The notes beneath the pieces were generated by a model. The model had not been told where the DNA came from and searched no databases. It saw only the letters and a list, made by a program, of their open reading frames with translations. From NCBI GenBank assembly GCA_964016885.1, contig OZ024741.1, positions 199,454,001-199,518,000 on the forward strand: a DNA stretch of 64,000 nt. The letters run 5' to 3'. Every line of letters starts with the position of its first letter. The first letter of the stretch is position 1. Of the stretch, positions 1 through 11,276 are shown piece after piece. Position numbers and translations under genes: made by a program. The DNA comes from Eledone cirrhosa. Lineage: Eukaryota.

Positions 1-555
1 CTTCCAACCCCTTCATATTAAACTAGGACTAATGAAACAGTTTGTCAAATGGCTTAATGTGGAGGGTGACTGTTTCAATTCATATGTACAACATTTCCTG
101 GCCTAAGTTATGATAAAATAAAGGCTGGTGTTTTTGACAGGACACAAATCAGAAATTTAATGAAATGCCAAAACCTCTTGAGCTCAATTACTGATGTAGA
201 GAAGAGAACATAAGATTCATTTGTGTCTGTTGTGAAAGGATTTTGGGGTCAGCAAAAAGGCTGCAAACTACAAGGATTTGGTGCAGACATTGCTTGGTAG
301 CTTTCATCTTTTAGGCTGCAATATGAGCATAAAGATTCATTTTCTCAAGAGCCATCTCAATGAATTTCCTGCTAATCTTGGAGACATGATTGATGAGCAT
401 GGTGAGCGCTTCCATCAAGATATCAAGGTTATGGAGGAGAGATATCGAGGTAGATGGAACACATGCATGATGGCAGACTACTGTTAAAGTATTCAAAGAG
501 GCTGTATAGACATGAAACACTTCAGATGCTCTCGTAAGCGAGACTTTGTTGCATG
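1..555 (+). mobile_element. Decayed DNA transposase C-terminus, Chapaev3-like (CMC superfamily)
   Basis: Window opens with PLHIKLGLMKQFVK. ORF 278-487 reads GCNMSIKIHFLKSHLNEFPANLGDMIDEHGERFHQDIKVMEERYRGRWNTCMMADYC, motifs I recall from Chapaev3-type transposases. Frameshifts and stops are present. Confidence 0.75.
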
Positions 556-1087
556 AATATATTGGCTAGGTTATGATTGTTAGTGCTTTATCCATTTTAT
601 TTGAGAATTAACAAGATGTATTTAATAAAAGGTGATGTATCATATATTCCAACTATAATATCAGATTATATTTCACTTAGATAGGGATATATTAAAATTA
701 TTAATTATTCCATTACTAAGATAGTTCTTACATAAAATTATTTTGAAAAGTTTTAATTTTAATAGGAATTTTAAATAGTTGGTTTTGTTTTAAAGAACCA
801 AGCTGGTTTTATAAGGGTTAAAGTAAACATTTTGAAAAGGAATTTCATGCATTTGGCCTAAAATTGACAAAACCTGAATTTTACTCTGCAGCAATGTTTT
901 TGTTCACTAAGTTGTCTTTTGCAGATATTTTGGCCTTCATATTCTAGTTTTTCCACAACTAATGTATCTATTGAATTTATTTCTATGTGTAGTTCTTCTC
1001 TTCATTAATCCAAAGCATTGTTAAAAGGATCCATTCTGATATGATTAACACCATATTCTACTGTCAGACATTATGAATTAAAGTGTG

Positions 1088-1287
1088 TACACTATTTGAT
1101 GGCATATAAGACCTCTTTTTTAAAAGATATAATAGTTTAAAAAATATCACCCAGATCTTATATGTAAACCTGGGGCAACTAGTTGACACTTGCTTTTTGT
1201 CTTAATTTTTCCCTGCTGGGATGAAGAGGGTGCTGAGATGAGGGTGTCTTATATGTCCAGGGATTCTATTTGCCATCAAATATGGTA
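1088..1287. mobile_element. Degenerate Tc2/pogo-like MITE
   Basis: Imperfect TIRs tacactatttgatggc ... gccatcaaatatggta with TA ends, and inner tataagac/gtcttata inverted motifs. Confidence 0.5.
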
Positions 1288-2445
1288 AGATAGAATTTTG
1301 CTTGTCAACAAGATTGATGTTTTCAATTTTTCTATAAAATTTTCCTTAATTCCATAACAGAGCTCATTTATAATGACAAATAACTAAGAATGTATTATCT
1401 ATCTTTTATAACTTTGGGGTTGCCATAAAAAGGAAAGTAGGTTATTTAAAGTTTCTTTTTACTCAATAAAGAATTCTAGGCTTTGTCTATGTTTAAGCTT
1501 AATGTTTTTAATTTAGATAAATAACACCTTATACCCATTTAAGATTGAGGATTAATGCTAGAAGAAAGCACTTTTATCTGCTTTCTTAGTCTTTATTTAT
1601 TTATGTACATTATGTCATAGGGTATTGTCCCCAAAAGCAAAATCTGTAAGCTGATTTTATTGACTGGTGAAGCTAATTCAATTCTCTTATGATACTAACT
1701 TTGAGAAACAAATAATGTCAATCAATTTCATTCTTCTCTCTTATAAAAGTCTGATCTTAAAGTTGGGTGGAAAATTGGTTTAAAATTTAGTTTCCTCTAT
1801 ATGCAATCACATCAATTATTGATGCAAAGGTTGCTTTAAAGTTTGTTAAACCCCAAATTAATGAAAACACATGATTAAGAAGTAAGTTATTATGATTCTG
1901 GGCCTCAGCAGAGGTATACTGTACTTTCTATATGATCTTGTGATAATATCTAAAACCTTATAAATATTGTGTATTGTACAAAAATTGATGATACTTTGAT
2001 AAAAAAAATACCAGTGAAATTAATCCCCAAACAGTATATAATGTCTATGTGATTGTGTTGGATTAACACGTGACAGATATATCATTTGATTAGTGTTTAA
2101 GGGGACAGAAAATCACAATAGTCTCCTTCTTGATCACATGCTCTGATTAACCTGAGTTTTAATATAACATGCATAAAAAAGCCTGTTGTTGTTTCACCTT
2201 GATTGGGATTATTCATTTCTGTGTTAAATATCTAATCCAAATCTGTGTCACTATAATTAATATCAAATAATGAAGCTTATCAACAATTGTTTTCACCTTG
2301 ATAGTTTTTTGTTTATTTTACTTATTTTTCTTTGAACCTGATTAATCAATTATTCTTATAATTCTTATAATCTTTGAAGATACTGTATACTAATGTGAAG
2401 TCAATTGTTTGATGTTTTGAGATGATAAGCTTTACTGATTTTCAG

Positions 2446-2516
2446 AGAGAGAACGTAAAGTGTTTGATAATAGGAAGGGCATGGAACCATATGTTAAGCC
2501 CCCAGCCTACCAGGAG
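2446..2516 (+). CDS. Internal coding exon of an unconventional myosin (class XXII/Myo81F-like) tail
   Basis: Acceptor tactgattttcag| and donor GAG|gtcagt. Reads xRERKVFDNRKGMEPYVKPPAYQE and ends in phase 0, matching the phase-0 start at 7292. Confidence 0.65.
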
Positions 2517-4429
2517 GTCAGTAGATCTGCTTGAGTACTGACCAGACAGCTAGCATGGAAAATGAATGTTAAACGATAATGATGATGAATGGAGAATAAT
2601 TTGTGATTTTCATTTTTTGTTTTCATTAACATTACTGATGCAAATGAAGTAAAAATATTTAGAATCATAAATAGAAACTTGATCATAGAGATAGGCCATG
2701 ATTGCAATTAGTCCCCATTGTATGCCTCATCCAATTCTTAAAGAATTTTAATTTCAGAATTATCTCCTATCTTTGTCGATAAGAATCATCCTTATTGCTA
2801 ATGATTTTTCTTTTCATTGTGGGTATAATTTTAATTGATTAAAAATGTTTTCTAGTCCACTGCATTAACCCTTTTGACACCAAACTGCCTGAAACTGATG
2901 TTTATTCGAAAGGATATATAATTATCTAGTTCATCATAATTTCATGTAGGAACCTTTGTTAAGTTATATTCCAAAAACCAAATTATTTTCAAAGTAACAT
3001 GAAAATTATATGCAGTTTTTCATTAGAAATATGTTAACCCTTTAGCATTCACATTATTTTATATATACTATTATATTTTCATGGTAAATGCTTTATCTCA
3101 TAATTATCTCACATAATATCAAATCTATGAGATTTTTAAAGTATTTATTTTGAGAACAATACCTTAACATCAGTATGAGTGACCATTTACAGCCAGTTTC
3201 AACAGAAAAAGGTAGAGAATTCTGGCCAGTTTTGGCCGGGTTAAGGAAGCGGTTAAGTATGCTGTTTATCCAAAAGGCATCAATGGAGAACGTTTCAGGT
3301 TATCTAAAGGCCACATAGAGTAGTCCTCTATGAAAATGCCTTTAGCTAAAATAGTTTACCTGAAAACTCTTTTAATGAAGAAAACTAATCAATACAGTCA
3401 CTGTTTATTTGCTATTAGCTATTAATGCCTATATATCACTCCTGTCTGAATTCCTCTCTTTATTTCTAAGAGTAGTGGACTAGTGCTGTCAGTAATGATT
3501 GCAATAGCATTAAATGTATTTAATCATTGGAGTCCAGGATGGATATGAAATATATATCAGGATTACTGCATATATGAATAGTTATACAAACTGGAAATGT
3601 TGCATTTTGATAAATTCATGACTTGCATAAGAGAAACCTTATAGTTTATGTTGATTACTGACTTGTGGAAGTGATTAAAGATAAAAATGATATTTTAATC
3701 ATTTATGTTTAAGATATAATTACATAAATATTCAGCATATATGTACAGATAAAATACAGGAATAAATATGAATAAATTTGGAAAAATAACTATTTACAGG
3801 AACAAATGTAGGGTTAGAACCCTGATTGGAAATGTATTGTGTGTATGTTTGTGTGTGTAAATTTTAGAGTTACAGATGGACATATATATATAAATATACA
3901 AACACAAATGGCATATTTTATGGTTGATAATGCAGTAAAATTGCTAGGCTATTGACCTCATTTTTGTGTTTCTAGTTTCTGCAATACATTTTAATAAGTC
4001 AATTTTTTTTATTATCCTCATGGCATAGTAGTTAAAAGATATTTATTATCTATGGCATAGTAGTTAAAAGATATTGAAACTATCATAGAAATCTAGTTTC
4101 TTTGCTTAGATCCAGTCTGTGGTAGTGTATATGTAAGACATCAAATTATCAGTGTCATTAGAATGCCAGATAAATAATTTTGTGCTCTGAATTCAAATCT
4201 CGCAGAGGTCAACTTTGCCTTTCATAGTACTGAGGCCAATTTTCGTCTATATCTCTTTCCCACTTCCTCTCTCTCTCTAACTTTCCCTTCTCTGGAAGAA
4301 ATAAGCTATTTTCAGACCTGGCTCCACCATGTCTAAAATACCCAACTTAAAATGTCACAATGGCAACCCTATGACCACACCAGAAGTTACGGGTCCATAC
4401 ATATATGGAATAATTAATTGCATGAAAGT

Positions 4430-4710
4430 GCATGCATGGCCTATTGGTTAGGATGCTGGATGTAGGATTGTAATGTCATTGGTTTGATTCCTTTACAGGT
4501 TGCTCCATTGTGTTCTTGAGCAAAACACTTTATTTCATGTTGCTCCAGTACACTCAGCTGAGAGTGAGTACTAGCAGTAGCTGGGGAGTTAAATTTGCAA
4601 TAGACTGGTGTCTTGTTCAGGGAGGGTCTTCTACTCTCAGTCGCTTAATGCCAAGGAAACCAGGGATAAGCACAGGCTTGATGTGCCTTCAGCTTAGAAC
4701 AGACTTAACT
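4430..4710 (+). mobile_element. tRNA-derived SINE, second family (CORE-like central domain)
   Basis: A-box-like tggcctattggttagg, B-box-like ggtttgattcc, then tgtgttcttgagcaaaacacttt. Relatives at ~8871-9170 (+), ~29440-29640 (-) and ~48668-48960 (+). Confidence 0.6.
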
Positions 4711-5222
4711 ATCTATGCACATGCATGTGTGTGCACGCGCACTCGCACACACACGTGTGTGTGTGTATATGTAAGTGTAAGACACCATAAGACAGCTAAA
4801 ATATCGACCAATTAAATGCCAGCTACATTTTATGAGTTTTGGGTGGGGTGCTATTTCTTATCCATTTTTCAAGTTAGTATAAATGGAGTGCTTTACAGAC
4901 TGCATGTCCTTCCTCCTGCTATGCACTCATCTGTGTGGGAGGAGTGAATATTAGCCAAATATTGGCATGCAGAATTATGTCTTCCTCAGAGATATTGACT
5001 GTCATAAGGCTTGAACTGTTGATCAGGTAGTTGATAATAGAAAAAAGAAACTTACAACTATTTTAGAAATATAATATATCTTTAGCCCTTTTGATTCCAA
5101 CCTGTCCCCAAAACTGCCTCTCTTTCTGTAAAACAAAATCAGCCATTTGAAAGGGTTCCTTCTTAAATTAAAACTTTTCAAAATAATTTTATATAAGAAT
5201 ATTTTATGTAACAAATACTATC

Positions 5223-5663
5223 TTAACCCTTTAGTTGGCCCAAACCTGGCCCAAACTGGCTCTGGTTTTATGAAATAAAACCACCCTTTTCCAATTTAAA
5301 TTAAAATCTTCCAACATAATTTTACATAAGAACCTTACATTAAGTTGCTATCTTAGTTATGAAATAATTAATAATTTTAGTAAATCCCTCAAAATTCTTC
5401 ATTAATTAATTAAAATAAAGGGCGGTGGATTGGCAGTATCGGTAGCGGGTCGGACGCCATGCTTTGACGCATAGAGTTACGACCCTTGTCATTCTGAGTT
5501 CAAATTCCGCCGAGGTTAACTTTGCCTTTCATCCTTACGGGGTCGATAATATAAAGTACCAGTAATGCACTGGGATAATTGCTGGCCTTGTGCCAAAAGT
5601 AGAAACAATTAATTAATTAAAATAAACTACATTTCATTAGTAATGAAGTCATGAAAGGGTTAA
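5223..5663. mobile_element. piggyBac-like MITE (TTAA CCCTT...AAGGG TTAA) interrupted by a SINE
   Basis: TTAA at 5223-5226 and 5660-5663 flank CCCTT/AAGGG ends. The family core gaaacaaaaccacccattttaaagggttcctatttaaattaaaa recurs at ~690-820, 5083-5222, 11900-12050, 12741-12962, 15470-15690, 31700-31930, 51130-51240 and 57940-58350. Confidence 0.6.
5421..5610 (+). mobile_element. tRNA-derived SINE, main family, full length
   Basis: A box tggcagtatcgg, B box gagttcaaattcc, central gcctttcatccttacggggtcgataa, 3' gtagaaacaatt. TSD aattaattaaaataaa on both sides. Confidence 0.9.
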
Positions 5664-5993
5664 TAAAAAATATAATGTTTGTAGATCCTTCCCAAATTCT
5701 TCATTAATTAATTAAAATACAAAGTTTTTCATTAGAAATATGATAATGAAAGGTTTAATTCTACTGCAAGTATTTTGTGTCTTTGGTGAATACTCATAAT
5801 TTTACATTCTTTTGTTCATCTAGTTGTTAGGAATATCTAGAGCATCTGGAAATCTTTTCGACAATAGATTAGCTCTATCCAGGAAAAGATTTATCTCTTA
5901 ACCACTTAACACCAGAGTTAAGTATTAGTCATATGAAACATTGCAGAATCTAGAAGATATTGTATATATTTCTATCATTATTTAACCATCCAA

Positions 5994-6183
5994 GGGTGGT
6001 GGATTGGCAGTATCGGTGGAGGGTCGGACGCCATGCTTTCCAGCATAGTTACGTCCCTTTACGATCTGAGTTCAAATCCCGTCGAGGTTGACTTTGCCTT
6101 TCATCCTTATGGGGTCGATAAAATAAAGTACCAGTAATGCACTGGGTAATTGCTGGCCTTGTGCCTAAAGTAGAAACAATTAT
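5994..6183 (+). mobile_element. tRNA-derived SINE, main family, full length
   Basis: Same consensus, with a 17-bp TSD attatttaaccatccaa. Confidence 0.9.
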
Positions 6184-6678
6184 TTAACCATCCAATATGT
6201 ACTATCTTAAAAAAAAAATAGAAGCTACTGCTTTTGTTATTTTTGTTTGCATTATTGTTTATTTGAGTAAGAGCAGTAGATTGGCAGTGTCAGGGTCAAC
6301 TTTCCATTCATCCTTCTGGGGTCAATAAAATAAAACACCAGTTAAATATTTGTTCAATATATTTGCAACACAAAATGTATGTGGTATTCATAATTATTTC
6401 AAACATAGACACAAGGTTAGACATTTTTTGTTGGAAGTGGGTAGAGGAATAAAAAGCAAAGTAGAATTGAGGATGTAAAGAAAAAGCTGGTATGAATAAC
6501 TACAAAGTATTTTGTCCAATACTCTAACATTAGTAGTAAAAATGCATTCAAAATTTCACCCTTTGATTTTATGCATATCTTTTCTATTGGTATTTGGTCA
6601 AATAATTTTTCAAGTTTTGTAATACTAGAGGTGACAGTACATTCAGCATAACTCCTTGTATTATTAAAATTCTAATTA

Positions 6679-6846
6679 CCATATTTCTCGACGTCGAAGA
6701 TGCTACTTTTCTCCTAAAATAAGTCTCAAAAATCTACCATGTGTCCTGGAGGCTGAAGGTTGTTTATTATTGTTTTTCAAATTTTTGGTTGTCAAAATTA
6801 GGGTGCGTCCTCGAAGACAAAACGTCTTTGGCGCCGGGAAATACGG
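6679..6846. mobile_element. Tc2/pogo-like MITE
   Basis: TA|ccatatttctcgacg ... cgccgggaaatacgg|TA imperfect TIRs with TA duplication. Confidence 0.65.
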
Positions 6847-7291
6847 TACTTATTACATTTAAATCATTTGTGCTAATAAAGCATATCTATGATGCAAGTT
6901 GTTCTTGCCATAAATCATCGCATCATCATTCACGAAGACAGTATTACTCAAAACGCCTTTCTTTTTTTTTTTTAAGATGGTAGTGGATGAGAAAGATGGA
7001 GAATGAGAGCGAGAGTGATACAAAAGAAGTGAGAAAGATATATAAAGGAAGAATTAACCTCAGTATTTGACTGTAATTTTTTTTATTGACCTTGAAAGGA
7101 TGAAAGACAAAGTTAACTTTGGCCTGGTTTGAACTCTGAGTACAGAAAACCAGAAGAAATACCTGAAAGCATTCTAACAACTTGCTACAACATCATATTT
7201 ATAGTCTATTTGTGGCTTCACGCTATACTAAACTGTTAATATTTTTGGCAGACACCATAATTATGATTCTTTCATTGTTTTGTATTTACAG

Positions 7292-8731
7292 GAAGAAAGC
7301 CACTCACCCACCCTTGGACATACCCCTGAGAGTAGCATTACATTTGAAAGGCTCCCCAGTGAAGCGCTTGATTCACAGAATATGGCATCTGCGCATAGAA
7401 GAAGAGCTGCTGCAGCTAACTCTGCTGATGCTTCTGGTATGTATGGTGATGGTGCTGTTTCTAACTGCATCCAACAAGACCAAATGAATGCAGTTAACCG
7501 CAGCATGGATCCCAGATCTGCTTCTCCTGCCCTTCCTCCACCCCCACCCCTCCCGCCTGGCTTTCCATATGATAACACACCCGAGGAGGAGTTCCCCCTT
7601 CCACCGCCAGACATGGCAGATGACAGTGGCGGAGGTGACACCACAGGAGGCCCACCTCCGCCACCGCCACCACCCCTGCCTCCTCCTTCACCACCACCAC
7701 CCCTTCCCCCGCCACTGCCTTCGCTGACACCCGACACTTATTCGGCCAGTGTGGACACTGCAAATTCAGGTCGAGAAAGTCGTGATAGTGATTGTACAAG
7801 TGCTAATAGCGTGCAATTCACTCCTCCACCACCTCTTTCTTCGACACCACCACCTCCTCCTCCTCCTCCTCTGCCCAGCAACGATGCAAGCACGATGCCG
7901 TACTGGGACGATCCTGCTGAGCAGTCACCCTCCCCAGCTTCTTGTGTAACTAGTACCATTATTCCTAATACTGTTGATGCTGCCACTAATCCAACCCCCT
8001 CTCCCCCTACTTTTTCTACCAAATCTACTAGCCCTACTACCAAGCATGTTACTACTACCACTCAAACAACTTGCGCAGATAAGTCAATCCAGGCCACTCT
8101 TCCTGATCCATGCTATTCTGCTGAAATCTATATGCAATCTGCATTTTGTCCTGTTGCAGCTTTGTCGATGGAGAGTCCACCAACACTACCACCTCCACCA
8201 CCTCCACTAATGGTTAACGGTATTGCACCTTCACCTCCTTTACCCCCACCACCTCCACAACAGCCAACAGATGCGCAGGGTCAGCAAAGGACAGCAGTTA
8301 GTGTCACAAATGGCAGCAGTAACCAGACATTAAATTCTGAAGATCCAGATAGTCTGTTGCAGCAAATATCATCAAGCAACAGTATTGGCCAAAACCAAAA
8401 AATCTCTATCAATATTGACCAAACGAAACTGAATTCCTCATCGCTACTTCCAGCAAATGGAACTGCTGATACTAAAAGACACATAGGCAACGATCTTCAA
8501 GAAAACAAGTTAATTCTGCCAAGAGAAAACTTAAAAGATTCAAACCGTCGCTCATACCTGACTGGAGATTTGTCCCCTGAAATGATTGAGAGTTTTACAA
8601 GTACAGGGTCCACAGATCAGGACCAGGTCTACTATGACATTGTGGAGTATGCTGAGAAACATTTCAATGACCACATCAAGGAATCTACGGGGACTGTTAT
8701 GAAATCTTTAAAGAAGAGAAAATCCATGCAG
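7292..8731 (+). CDS. Large (480-codon) proline-rich exon of an unconventional myosin tail, leading into a MyTH4-type region
   Basis: Stop-free 1440 nt between tttgtatttacag| and CAG|gtaagc, both phase 0. Several polyproline runs. Ends VYYDIVEYAEKHFNDHIKESTGTVMKSLKKRKSMQ, resembling (from memory) the pre-MyTH4 segment of arthropod Myo81F/class XXII myosins. Confidence 0.9.
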
Positions 8732-9209
8732 GTAAGCTCTATTTTATCTACTATGTATGTGTTAGGGATTGTTGACAAGAAATTTATAGCAATTATTATT
8801 AAATCACTAAAGGGATTTCTAACTTAAGATGAGACCACTATTATATAATTATAAGTTTATCTTATTTTGGTGAAGGCGCATAGATTCGAGGTTCACAGTT
8901 GTGAGGTTATGAATTTGATTTCCAGACTGGGCACTGTGTTGAGTCTTCGAGCAAGACATTTTATTATTTCACGTTGCTCCAGTTCACTCAGCTGGAAAAA
9001 TTAGTTGCAATGTCACGTGGTATCAGCCTTTGCTCTTCTCTTGGACAACATCTGTGATGTGGAGAGAGGAAACTGGTATACATTGGCAACTGCTGGTGTT
9101 CCATAAAACACCTTGCTTGAGCTTGCGCCTTGGAGAGGAACCTTATTGGTCATTCATAACCAAACAGGGCCTACAATATCTTCTTTTGTTAATATGATTT
9201 GTTTGAATC

Positions 9210-9397
9210 CACATTATGGATCGGCCTATGTTATAGGCATGATTTCTGTTTTACCAGTATAGACTCCAGTATCCAATATTTTTTGACACACCATTCACCA
9301 GACATTATGGATCTGCCTATGGCATATGCATGCTTATTGTTTTACCAGAATAGACTCTCAAATCCAATATTTTTTGACACACCATTCACCAGACATG
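9210..9397. repeat. Diverged tandem duplication, ~95-bp unit
   Basis: tgttttaccag.atagactc...atccaatattttttgacacaccattcaccagacat occurs twice. Confidence 0.8.
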
Positions 9398-9793
9398 AGC
9401 AGAAACCTTAAGAACGTTCTCTAGTGAGAACATTACAACCAAGTTACATTTTATGGCAGCCAAAGCTCCAGCTCAAGAACTATGTTTCTACTTTAAGAAA
9501 CAGATTCACACTAAATATTAACTCAAACTTCTAAAAAAACTTAAGCATCAAACACATAGTCCTGCTCATATACCTGAGAGATTTTTTTGTTGTGTTTTTT
9601 TTTCACACATCCAAGATTTTTTACCAAACTCCCCAACACACTATAATAACAGCTCCCCATTGTCTTCTCTGTTTCTTTTAACATTACTACAAAGGGAAAA
9701 AAATGTTCTCTAACCTCTTCAAAGCTATAGACTTGGGTTGACCAATGAGAAACCTGCTGTATACATACATAATCATATATATATATACATATG

Positions 9794-9840
<47 letters not shown>

Positions 9841-10274
9841 CATCATCATCGCTATTTAATGTCCATTTATCCACATTAGCATGGGTTAGACGAGGGATCT
9901 CATTGTGAGACAGGCCAGATCAGATGATTGTGTCTTTCACATACAGAACTGTTTCTGGTTTGATTTCTATGGCTGGATGCCCTTCCTAACGCCAACCACA
10001 TTTACAGTGTGGACTGGGTGCATTTTTTCATGATATCAAAATGACCACTTTTCAGTGTGGATTGGGGTTGGAGCGGTACGTGGGGATTGGAAAAATAGAT
10101 CTATGTTGAGGCACTTATCTGGTGTAGAGCCGTGGATGAGGGGTAGGGTGTTAGGACATGAGGAGGGGTAGGGTGTTAGGACATGAGGAGGGGACAGTAG
10201 TGCGTACAAGATGTATGCTTGAAATACATACACGCACGCACACATACATATATATATATACATGGTATATATAT

Positions 10275-10780
10275 CCGGCAAACTAAAGATGTGGATTCAT
10301 GTCCCATGTACGTCAATACTCATCCTTTTTTCCATTCAGCGGGTTTTTTAAAATCCCAACTAATAGATTAATTCTTCTTAGTCAAATATGGCGTAAGCAC
10401 ATGTTACCACCTAATTTTCAAATTCGCTAGCTGTTTCTAATCAAAGCCTGCTTTGTGTCTCCCTATATATATAACCCCCAAAACTCTTTCCGAACTATAT
10501 AAGGAACACTTGTGATTATTTATGCCCTTGAGAAGCCCAACTGGGCGAAACGTACGTAGGTGATATTTTAAATAAACATGTTTTAACGGTCTATTCTCCG
10601 ATTTTTCACTTTCCCACGTGCTTACGCTCTGCTAACTCTCTAGCCCACTAAATATTAACACTTCGAATATTTAATACTGCCGGCACTAGTATCGAGCACC
10701 TTTGGCATACGCTACTTGGCAAATAACTATATGTATCACCTATCCCTCCTTTTTCTCTCTTTCTCGATACGTAAATACTA
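10275..10780 (+). mobile_element. Penelope-like (pLTR-type) remnant between (TA)n tracts, with a hammerhead-like motif
   Basis: Flanked by TA repeats. Contains cccttgagaagcccaactgggcgaaacgtacgtagg and agtatcgagcacctttgg, the latter shared with the elements at 23213 and 28759. Confidence 0.5.
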
Positions 10781-10829
10781 TATATTTATATATATATATA
10801 TTTATATATATATGACCCTCCTCAAATAT

Positions 10830-10886
<57 letters not shown>

Positions 10887-10887
<1 letters not shown>

Positions 10888-11200
10888 GGTGGCTGCCAAC
10901 TCGTTTTCGAGTACGGCCACTACTTTATATCCATGTAGGAGAACCCCTACCGATGCGCTGAACGAGTGACTTTTTAGTCCAGCCAGCGACTTGAAAACTC
11001 TGGTACAAACACTACACTTGTGACAATTATTGACACATAGTGTTGGGCCCATGGTACCATGTGACGACAAGTGCAGAGAGATCTCCAGATACAAAGCAAT
11101 GCCTGTGCCGTGAAGCTTTTATAGTGAGCAAAGGCACTGCACAAAGCCAGTCCCACTCTCTTAACCAAGATGATATTTACCAAAAAGAAGAACAAGTCAA
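10887..11200 (-). mobile_element. 3' end of a non-LTR retrotransposon (RTE-like) with a C-terminal zinc finger
   Basis: Minus ORF has [19 protein letters not shown] near the terminus. Flanked by (TA)n and (CATA)n. Confidence 0.55.
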
Positions 11201-11245
11201 CATCATACATACATACATACATACATACATACATACATACATACA

Positions 11246-11276
<31 letters not shown>

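Noticed and set aside
5421-5510. tRNA gene
   Set aside because: The A and B boxes are SINE heads. There is no complete cloverleaf, and each is followed by the SINE body.
7261-8490. Antisense and alternate-frame Gly-rich ORFs
   Set aside because: They are shadows of the proline-rich exon.
7280-8827. Stand-alone 515-aa formin/WASP-like gene as given in the ORF track
   Set aside because: The ORF starts at TTG inside the acceptor tract and runs past a strong donor at 8732. There is no FH2 or WH2 domain, so it is an internal exon.
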